Shown here: one piece after another, positions 34,601-45,327 of the stretch | Layout: the number at the start of each line of letters is the position of its first letter | How positions within the stretch are numbered: the first letter of the stretch is position 1 | Assembly: GCA_012295275.1 (NCBI GenBank) | Contig: CM022679.1 | Location: 16,678,001-16,742,000 of the forward strand | Source of the DNA: Chrysomallon squamiferum | Lineage: Eukaryota; Animalia; Mollusca | Direction: 5' to 3' | Length of the DNA: 64,000 nt | Program-made: the position numbers and the translations under genes | The notes under the pieces: model-generated | Seen by the model: only the letters and a program-made list of their open reading frames with translations | Databases searched by the model: none | What the model was told of the DNA's origin: nothing

Positions 34601-36941
34601 GCAAGGCTTCAGCCTTTCTGTCATTATCAAGTCGTTCTTCCATTCCCAGTTGGTATTTCTCATAGGCTGCATTTCTCTACAAAAAAATAAAATATAAACA
34701 TATATGTATTAATATATACACATACATAAACATAAATAAATATACACACTTATACATAAACAAATAAATATTAAATACATAATACATACATACAGATGCA
34801 CATACACATGCGCAAAGACTTTGTTACAGTAGCTAAAAAAAACCAATCGATATCATTTTGTCATTAAATAAACCTTTCAGAAACCTACAGAAACTAAGAG
34901 TTAAATATTCATGTTAGTAAATATCTTACTTTGTGACTGAATTATTTATTTACATAAGTTTAAAAAAAAAAAACAGTTCCTGTTATCCATATAACCAGAT
35001 ACTAATGGAACACCCACATATAAATGAAAATACTGTAAACTAGAACAGCCACACTAATGAAATGACACACTTTTTAAATGTAAACTTCCTTCAAACACAA
35101 ATATCATTCAGAATAAAAATAATACATTTTTGTATCCATACTCACTGATTGTTCATCAATCAGCCTATAGTCGAGAAACTCCAGATTAGGTAAATATGCA
35201 ATAACTTTGAGTTTGTACAAATCCATTTCTTCAAACTGATTACCACTCATGTTGAGTGTCTTCAGTTTCTTGAACCTTCTCAAGTAAGATAGCTGTAAAT
35301 TTAAACTTATCTTTAATATATGAGAAAATTGATAAGCAAATTGTAATATTGTAAATGGATGAAAACAAAAATGCTGGTGTCGATTATTTTCTGTTTTGTT
35401 TTACTTGTCAATCATTCTTTGTAATAATTCATATAAATAAATATTTAAACAGATGTACTTTGATTACACCTTTATTGTGTTAAATAAGAAAATCGTACTG
35501 GGCTTATATACAAATATTCCATTTAATGACATTTATCAAACTCAACTTTATTCTAACTGAAACTGATAATAGTCATGTAATATGTTTCAGAAATTAATAA
35601 CTCACTGCTCTGCAGTATCAACCATTACAGTTAGAACTTTTTTTTAACCTAGTCATAATACAGCAATGAATAAATAATTGGATGATCTTTCAGTTCAAAG
35701 ATTTACAATAATGTTAAATACATAAATATTTATTTATTCACAGATACCCACACATACATGCATTTACTGAGAAACATTGCATCATTTTTACTTTTATTGA
35801 AAAAGAAAACTTCATAAACCTACATCTTTTTCAAGTTCTTTTAGGTCATTGTTGCCTATGGAGAAGACGTGAAGACTGACAAGTTTGTCCATGTTCTCCA
35901 CACAGGAGATTCTGTTATTGTACAAAGTGAGGTCTTCAAGTTTTGTAAGCTTGTCTAAACCCTGAATGGCCTCAATATTGTTGAATGATAAATCTATAAT
36001 GAAAAAAAAGAAAGAAAATGACATGAAAATGTAAAACAAGCTAACAATAGAACACGTGATTTCCAAATAAATTATAACTCTTTGGTGTGTCTCTTGAATA
36101 GTTCTGTTCTCTAACAGACAAATCAAGCTATGATTAAAAAATGTTTGTATGTTTGTGTGTGTGCAGACTCATAATGATTGTGTGTTACTAAGTATGAAAC
36201 TAATTTTAAAAACTTACCAAGCCAAACAAGGTGGACAAGTACATCTAAACCTTCTATCTTTTCAATAATGTTGTTATCTAACTGTAGCTTCACCAGTGAT
36301 GTAAACTCCCATAAATTATCAATCTTCAAAATATCTGAAAACAGTATTTGACACATGTATTCTGTGTTTGTCTGTATTTGTGTGTTTATTATACATAATA
36401 TATATATATAAACTTCAGCTTTATTGTTTATACATTGACATTTCAGAATTTTAAAAAGTTTTTCAAAGATAGCTTAAAAATATTAATGGTTCATAAAATT
36501 AAATAATAAGTGATAGATACTAAAAAGTTATAAATGAAGAAATGTCATATATATTTGCACAATTTTTCTTAAAATATTTAAATATTCTGTGTATTAAGTA
36601 AGACTGATGAAAAGAAAATATCACTCTTTATGCAACCTCGTTAACTTCTTATTTTGTCATACTTTATAACTAACAAAGATTGGCCAATATTTGAAAAATT
36701 TATTAAGCCTATTATACTCATCATCTAATCAGATATACTCTAATTGTATTTTAACTACAATAATTAAATTTTAACAATACTTTTGAAGTCTAATCTCAAA
36801 GATTTCACATCTCCAAAATCAATGCCTTCCTGTTTTGCTATTTTCCCTGCTTCATCTTTAGGTCCCTGCTCCTCCACTGCCTGCTGGAAGCATTTCCTCA
36901 TCAATTACTGATGGCTCCACGGTGTCATACAAACGACTCAT
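31678..36941 (-). CDS. DRC3: Dynein regulatory complex subunit 3 (LRRC48), about 528 aa if the 1-nt frameshift in the first coding exon is corrected; 10 coding exons
   Basis: Exons 36941-36781 (161 nt, one base too many), 36334-36218, 35993-35824, 35292-35146, 34676-34557, 34197-34085, 33549-33375, 32839-32711, 32307-32110, 31935-31678. N-terminal LRRs (ILKIDNLWEFTSLVKLQLDNNIIEKIEGL, DLSFNNIEAIQGL), LRR cap (YLPNLEFLDYRLI), coiled-coil C-terminus (LMGLELQLVDQLE, LFVDKDTINNAVTSSHDVHLLKIDNKED, RNRTRVAEI). An acceptor just upstream of 36966 implies an unlocated non-coding first exon. Confidence 0.93.
33550..34084 (-). other. U12-type (minor spliceosome) AT-AC intron in DRC3, 535 nt
   Basis: On the minus strand the exon ends ...GTT GAT GA|ATATCCTTTT (U12 5' consensus). 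The intron ends CACCGTAAC-AATCATAC|T TAT GGA, i.e. a U12-like branch sequence at 33566-33558 close to a terminal AC. Joining gives in-frame EMVDDYGKKF; no GT donor lies near this position. Confidence 0.9.
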
Positions 36942-37065
36942 TTTACTGAATTTGACAATTCAGTCACTAGTAAAATAAAATAATAAATTATAATGTTAAA
37001 CGTACAAATTTTCTAGAAAATAAATAATATAAGCCAGTGCCTTTCTAATGTTACACCAGTACAAA

Positions 37066-37092
37066 ATAATAGTAATAGTAGTAGTAGTAGTA

Positions 37093-37164
<72 letters not shown>
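37066..37164. repeat. Compound (TAG)n(TAA)n microsatellite between the DRC3 first coding exon and the shared promoter
   Basis: TAG run followed by about 23 TAA units. Confidence 0.95.
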
Positions 37165-37167
<3 letters not shown>

Positions 37168-37259
37168 GAATGAATGAATGGATTAATTAATTAATAAAAA
37201 AAAAATCGGTACTAAAGTATGCTAAAGAAAATAATAAATAATTTTTCTCTGGCTATTAC

Positions 37260-37650
37260 ACAAAATGTGTTCCGAAATCATGGCACCATCGAAGTTGAAT
37301 CTTCGACTCGAAGTACCGGTATTGGATTCATTTATTTATTTATTTTTAACCTCTCGTTTCAAAACAAAAAGAAGAAGATAAAAACTTAATTTAATATAGC
37401 ATATAATAACAAAAATATGGTCACCAACATTTTTTTAAATAATGAAATGCTGAATAACTGTGCCTTTGATACGTGTAAAAGCAGTAATATTCCTTGCTTT
37501 AATATAATCAGCAAAAGCGTCTAGTTGATATGGAAACTAGAACTTCCGTGTTTATCTGATGTCGGCAATGTTCGTATGGTGTCGGAAATTATCGAAAGTT
37601 CGGTATATTACGGAAATGAGTTTTATTTTTTGGTAAAAAATGGCGACTTT
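37260..37650. promoter_or_regulatory. Bidirectional promoter region, DRC3 <- -> TOM1L2, with X-box-like, ETS-like and YY1-like sites
   Basis: Divergent ATGs are 698 bp apart; CpG-rich patch. GTTGATATGGAAAC at 37524-37537 (RFX X-box-like), ACTTCCG at 37542-37548, CGGAAAT at 37583 and 37611, AAAATGGCG overlapping the TOM1L2 ATG. Confidence 0.65.
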
Positions 37651-40600
37651 CTTTGGACACGGAAACCCACTCTCCACCACAGTGGGTCAGCTTATAGGTA
37701 GGTTATGTTTGTTTTTGTGCACATTATATCGCAGCTTTATTGTAAATATATATTTAATATATATATAAGGTAATGACTTTACTATGTTTACACGATATGT
37801 CATTTTTGTTCAATCAAAAACTGAAAAAATAAAATTATAAAATAAATTTAAAAATTCTTGACTTTAATTTTACACATATATCTTCAAATTTTTGACATGT
37901 TCTTTGCTTTTGTCGTGTTTACATATTTATTATGCTGTCAGTACAAACTGCTGGAAATATATTTTAGAATAAAAGTGCATTAAACAACGATAAGACATCA
38001 AGTAATAGTCCATCGTCAATAAATTCTAAAACTGAATAATCATTACACTTATAATTATATTACCTTTACTAGTTATTAGATTTCACCTGAATAATAAGTT
38101 ATTATTTAAATTTTATTTATTTATATATTTCTTTATACTGCAAAATAATACAAATAAAAATTACACAGAGTAAACGACATAAATCCTTATATGTAAACTC
38201 ACCTCCAAAACAGTTGTAAAATAAATATTTGCTCGAGACATCTCGACATATTTTAACGTCCTTATTTTTTATTTTTTTTTATTATTATTATTTTTTTTTT
38301 TTTTTTTTTTTTTGAAGGAACATATATGAAAGACAAAAACATCTGACAATATATATTGAGCTGAATTTATCAACAAATGAATGAATGTTTAATGATACCA
38401 CATTTTAATACTGACTGTCAATCATTAAATGTCAGCCAGATATATTCATGTGCGATAGTAAAGCCACTGCCTTCGTTGCTTGGTCTACACTTAAGAATCA
38501 GCAACAACAGTTTTTTTTATAAATGTTTTATTCATGGGTCTCTAGCTTTGAAAAGTACTCACTGGGGAGGACTGATATTACAATTTATCAGATCATCAGT
38601 GAACAATAGTTACAGGTAAGTAGAATAGCTTATGAAGGGATAAAACATGACATTACATTGCTGGTTCTGATCAGCATCATAAGGATTATTTATAAAAAGT
38701 GTGTTTGTAAGTGCATTAAACCTACTTGAATTTCAACAATAGTAAGTAAGAGTTTTCATAAATGGAATGTTTGTTAAGGAGTGACCTATGTGTATTATGT
38801 ATTTATGTTGTATTGTTTATTTGTACAGAAAGAGCTACAGATGGCTCACAACCATCAGAAAATTGGGCTTTGTTTATGGAAGTATGTGATGTTATTAATG
38901 AAACTGAAGAAGGGTAAGTGATTGCTTGAATGTACATTTTTATAAGAATAGACTGTTCTACTTTGAAAACGAAAATGTTTGTCTTTTTTCTTTTCTTTTT
39001 TTCATTGTAAATTATAACAATAACTGGATGATTCTTTTTATTTCATATTGTTAATAATCTGGAGTAATAATAAGTAAGACTGTTTGATCTCGTATTTTAC
39101 ATGGTTTTGGTGTTTTAAATAAATTGTCAAATTAATTTCTGTAGTTCTTGATGTTTTCCTTTTTTAATTTTTTATTTTATTTACTTATATGTTATTATTT
39201 TAATTTTTATTTATTTTTTCATTGGTTATGGGATCCAGTATATTCATATTGTTGTGTAATATATTGTAGAAACGTGAATGCAATTATTAATGTACTTTAT
39301 CAACAGACCGAAGGATGCTATCAAGGCTATTAGAAAGCGTTTGCAGCAGAATGCAGGAAAAAACTCCACAGCTGTTATGTACACACTCACAGTAAGACAA
39401 CAGTTAACATCTGTTCACATTAATTTTTTATTTTGTTTTATCGATTTAAAGTGTTAATGTGAAATTAAATAATACTCATACTGGAGATCATAATTACTTT
39501 TTTCATATCTTATAAATTCTGTGTTTTGTTAATATAATAAATAGAATGTAATATTTAAATATTCTGTTAATGTAAAATTTAATAATTTTGAAAGTCATGT
39601 TTTATGTTGTCTGATTATTCTGTTTTGTTTCAGCAACTTGAAACTTGTGTAAAAAATTGTGGTCAGAGGTTTCACGTACATGTCATGAACAAAGATTTTC
39701 TTCATGAGCTCATCAAAATAATTGGTCCCAAAAATGACCCACCTCAGATTGTACAGGAGAAAGTCCTCAGTTTAATTCAGGTAATATATAAAGATTTATT
39801 ATAACATTTATATATTAAGGTAGTTTACATTAAAGTATTAATTAAATAAAGCACTAATTAAATACAGTTTTAATACTTCATAAATATAAATATTGAGAAG
39901 TATCAAGAGCTAATACTGAATGTTTTTTCAAATGTTTATTTTAATGACTTAATTTTTCTTCAAACACTGAGTATGTAAAGATTACATGAATGTTATGTTT
40001 ATGTAATCTGATAATAGTGTTTAAATTGCAGACATGGGCAGATGCTTTTAAAGGTCTCCCTGACTGCAAAGAGGTGGAGAAGGTTTACCAGGAGCTGAAA
40101 ATGAAGGGTATTGAGTTCCCAATGACAGATCTTGATCACATGGCACCAATCCACACTCCTGCTAGGGTAATGTTTACAGCTTCACACTTTCATTCATTCA
40201 GAATCATAAATATTCAGTAACAAGACATAGAATTACATTCACATATCTCTTGTCATACATATTCAGTAACACAACATCTAGGATAACATTTATAGATTTT
40301 CATTTGATTTCCCAGCATCATACCTATTCATTTATAAGTTAGTGAGAGAGGAATGCTTGTTTAATGTTCACAGTAATAATCTGATAATACAGTTGTCTTA
40401 ATAAGTAAATATGTTAATACCAATTGTGGATATAAACTTCTATTTCCTGTATCAAATGTTGATAAGAATTTCTGGAGCATAAAAAATCCCAAGAACAACA
40501 TCAGACTTATTTTTACAATCATAAGGTTTCAGGTAACACTTTAACTTTCCAAAGCTGAATCTACAAACACTTGATATCAGTGTTTAAAAATATTTATTGT

Positions 40601-43600
40601 TGTTGGATTAGAAAATGTTGTAATTTTCAGAGTGTACCAGAATCTAATGGATACAATAAACCATCACCACAAAATCGTGTAAGTGAATATTTTGTGACAT
40701 GCATGAATCACTGATATTTGCAGTTATGTTTGTTAAGAAAATGTTTCTTGAATATTTATAATATTAAGGTTTGCTTTATGTTTAAAAAATTTGTTTATAA
40801 ATATAAAAGATACAAAACAAAGGATCAACATAATTATATATTATAATAACTTCAACACTTTTTCATGATATTCTTAAAATATAATTTTATATATGTTATG
40901 TCTTCATTCATAGGGAGGCACAGACTGACATATCATGAAATTACTTAAAACTGGTTTTAATCTAGTCAAGTAAAATATTTGGGAAAAAACAAACATTAAG
41001 CAGATTTCACTTACCTCTGTAATATGTAATTGAATATTTTACTCAGTTAAAATTATTACTTCACACACAGAACTATTTCAGATAAACTATTCCATTTATT
41101 TATATTTAAAAACTGAATTATATATTTCAATTAAAAACTTCTCCAGCCAATCACAGTTTTTATAATCATAACATAATTTTAGGACTGTCAAATAAAATTG
41201 ACCTGAAAATAGTGATTTTCTTGTAATAGAAGAAATGTAGAGAGTTTTATCAAATTATGACACAGGTAACACTAACATTATTGCAAATCAGTGATATCTC
41301 TTAAATAAAATAAAAAATAATAATAATAAACTATTAAAAGAGAAAGAATGATGAAAATATTACTGAAATATAACAGTTTTTATCAAACTGTTAACAAATG
41401 TTTTTCTAAAATGCTTAGTAATGTTTATCAGATTGTTAACAGGATGTTAGATACGGTATTGTAACAGATCCTCTAGTTTTCCTAATTAAATTGTTTGCAG
41501 GTTCCAGACAAGCTATTATGATAAATCTGCAAATGTCACTAAGACAGTAACATATATCAAATTTTTAATAGATGGTTAAACAATGATTATGGCATATATT
41601 ATAAAATAAGATTGCTAGAAAATGGGTGATGGACAAATGCATAAATGTCACTAAAACACAATACTGTTTATTATATTGTTAACCGATGTTTAGACATATT
41701 AAAATATAGGAGTTTTTAATAAAATTGTTCACAGGCTGTCAGAGGAGGCACAGTGCCTGAATCACACAGTGTGCCAATACAAGGGTCTGTGATGCCTACA
41801 ACAGAGCAGCAAGCCAAACTTCGACGAGAACTTGAAATTGTGTCTGGTAATGTCAGAGTAATGTCAGAAATGTTGACTGAACTGAACCCTAACAGTGTAG
41901 ACCCTTCAGATTTGGAACTTTTACAGGTTTGTGCATTAAACCAGATACAGTCCAATTACAGATACTATCTGAAATCTTAACACTGGCTCAGATGTAATTT
42001 AGGTTTAAATGAAAAGTAATAAAATTTGCAGGTGTGCAGATTAGAGCATAAAGTTAATTGAAAAGATACAAAAATGCTTGGTTGTTATATTGCTGATTCT
42101 GAAAAAAATAAACAATAAAATGAATAATATTGCATGTAGAAGCTTTTAATTAAAATAATGCAATTCAGTTCATTGTAAAAATGAACTTTGATAGAAACTG
42201 TTTTGAAAACAGTTTTAAAGGAAATGTAAAATACATATTTTTGTTTCAGTGTTTAGAGGTTAGATAAAATAAACTAATAACTGGTCATCAGCAAATAGTG
42301 TATTTGTCATTGATAACAGTTTTCAGATTTCTGATAGTGCGGGCTGAAAACAAAAATTCTGTGCTTTTATTTATGTTTCAACATAGCTTGGTGGTCTGTA
42401 TATTTTTTTCAGCCAATTTCATATGAATTATATTTCAGTTCTAATACTGATTTAAATTACTACCATCCTGTTGGCTCTTTCTGTACAGAATGTGACAAAT
42501 GTGTAAAAAGATTGTTTGGAATTTTAGTTTATTTTGAATTGTTACTTTCAGGAATTGAACCGAACTTGCAGACAGATGCAGTCGCGAATTGTTGATCTTC
42601 TCAGCCATGTTGGTACAGAAGAAGTCACAAGTGAGCAGGAAGTTTTATATGTTTTTGATTTGTGTTAACTTCTATTAAATTTATGCTTATTGTCATATTT
42701 TGAAACATTGATGCACTAAAATAAATTTAAAAAAACCCAATTAAATATGTACAAAAATTTATCTGAACTGTTAACAAACTTATGAACACTTTATATTGTA
42801 TTGTTAACAAATTTTGTAAAGTTCTTTCTAGAAACAAATAGAACAGAGACAACTTTACATATATGAATGTTTTCTTGTATGCCAACATTTGTGAACTTTT
42901 GAGTTGTAACTGTAATCACAGTTTATAGTATTGTTGTCTAGAAACACACAAACAAGTCTCTTTTAAGGAAACAGAAGTTTGTTTTAATTGTTTTCAATAT
43001 ACCATATACCCTTTAGAATCTTTATGAATAATTGTTTTTTCTTTCAGATGAACTGTTGAGAGTAAATGATGACTTGAACAATGTATTTCTGCGGTATGAA
43101 AGATTTGAGAGATACAGAACAGGTCAGGCGGGCACACCAGACCAGACGCAAAGTAGTCAGCCTGTCATCTCGTCAGAAAACGACCACTTGCCACCATCAT
43201 ATGATCAGGTTTGTCAGTTTATCTGTGTTTTAAATTATACACTGATATCTCTGTGATAAATTCAAGATTCACGTATCTTCCACATATATGTGAAATTTTG
43301 CAAATTGCAAACTTGGTTAAATATTTTAAGATTTACAACTCAGCGTTTAGAAAAAGTTTTTAATTTGAGCATTAAAAAAATATATACAAGTATATAATCA
43401 GCTTCATTCTGAAGGAAATTCAAGAAATCAAATCCAGTATTAGTGGTTTTCCATTAGAGTTACTGTTACTGCTCTGTTCAAGACATAAAATAAAAGTGAC
43501 AATTTGAAAAGCATAATTCTAATAAAATGATGCCTTCTGTAATGACAGTGAATGAAAGAAAAGATAAATCTGAAGTAAATTATATACTCTTATAATATCT

Positions 43601-45296
43601 GATAATAACAAAAGTAGTTTTAATTTTTTTTTAGCATTGTTATTTTTTTTATTTTTTTATTATATACTTCAGTTAGCCAATTATTTTCTCTTGATAATTA
43701 AAGTTTGGAAGTACAGTGTAAACACTTTTATAATAAGTTCTAAAGAATTACTATTATTATGAATATTTTTTAAAATACTTTTGAGTAATTTGCTTTGTTA
43801 GTTCAGTCAATTTAATTACTTATTAATAGTGGATAATGTTTAACAGTGTCCACATACTTTTTATAATTTATCAGTTCAGATTATACCCTCCAACACATAT
43901 CATTAGTTCAGGCATTTTTCACTCTTTATTAATGGTGGAGTAATATTTAACAACACCCACCTGTTTGTAGTTTATCTAACTGTTGTTATGTCAATTTAGG
44001 TTATATCCTCCACACATGTTGGAGGACAGGTATGTACTATGACAACTTGAGTATGGTATACTCATTTTTATTTATCTTTCTTTCATTTCACTCCTTTCAT
44101 TTTTAGTTGGTGCTTTCTTTGAAGACTTCATTTCCTGTGTTTATTTCCATGGCAGTCTGTTTGCAGTATTTATTATTATGGCAGGGTTTTATTGCATGGG
44201 AAAAAACAAATATAATTTTTTCTTATGAAAGAGTTCTGTATTTTTGTTTAGTGACATGATAATAGATAAAATATTATTTATAGGACATTGGATAATCTGC
44301 TGAATGAATTAATTGTCTAACAGTAAATACTAATATACTTTCATACAAACATTTTAAAAGTTTCTAATATTTACTATAGTTGGTAAAGGACCTAATAACA
44401 TATTGATTCTATAAAAGTCAAATCATATTTTTACTAGTTAACTAAATCACTGGTCATTGTTAGCAGATTTTCTGATTACATAAAGAATAAATGTGTTTTG
44501 TTTAATGACAACTCACATATTACTATTACTATATGATTTTTATATTATAATTATTAGTTAGAAATGAAACACCCTACCAGCTTTCCACTAGCAACAAAAT
44601 ATCTTCAATGTGTACCTTCCCAGAGAAGTCAATCACATACCATTATGTTTGATAATCCACCTTTAATGTAAGCTATTTGCAAAGAATAAAAAGGTTTTTA
44701 TAATCAGCTTTAACCGTTTGGGCTTTAACATTCAGAAGACATGCACTATAACCACTGAGCTACAGACAAGTGCTGGCAAATTCTGAACAGCAGTTTTCTT
44801 TAACTTTGTCTCAGTTCATTGCATTAAAATCAAGTGTTGTTTAGACAGTTACACACAGTTTTTCCAAAATATAATTGTGTCTACCCATCATGTATGAAGT
44901 TACTGAAAAGCAATTGTTACATCCATTTATTCTGAGCATACTCTTGAAAACTATAGTACAGAAAATGTTAACAAAACAAAACAAAAAAAATACTTGAATA
45001 TTTTCTACTACTTAATCTTATGCCTGACTACCTATGAAATATGATCTAATCTCTAGCAGAGGGATCACTTGACTTAGAAAATAGTTATTAAAGGGAACTG
45101 AAAAATATCCCATTATATGATTGATTTTTCTGCTAAGTTACCAATCTCTAAATTAGTGGTTATTTGTAGAATTAGTTATAACTTATAATAACTAAAGTAA
45201 ACCTTTTCTAGAAAATACTAGTATTACCTAACACATTTTTTAAACTGTTTTGGTAAAATGGCCACATCTACTACATCTGTGTCTTCTTTCTTCTGT

Positions 45297-45327
<31 letters not shown>

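Noticed and set aside
31678-36941. Calling DRC3 a pseudogene
   Set aside because: Only one lesion; all other exons, splice sites and the U12 signals are intact, so an assembly error or very recent allele is more likely.
41501-41556. Possible extra TOM1L2 exon after TTTGCAG
   Set aside because: In-frame TGA in the required phase, and the 56-nt length is not frame-preserving.
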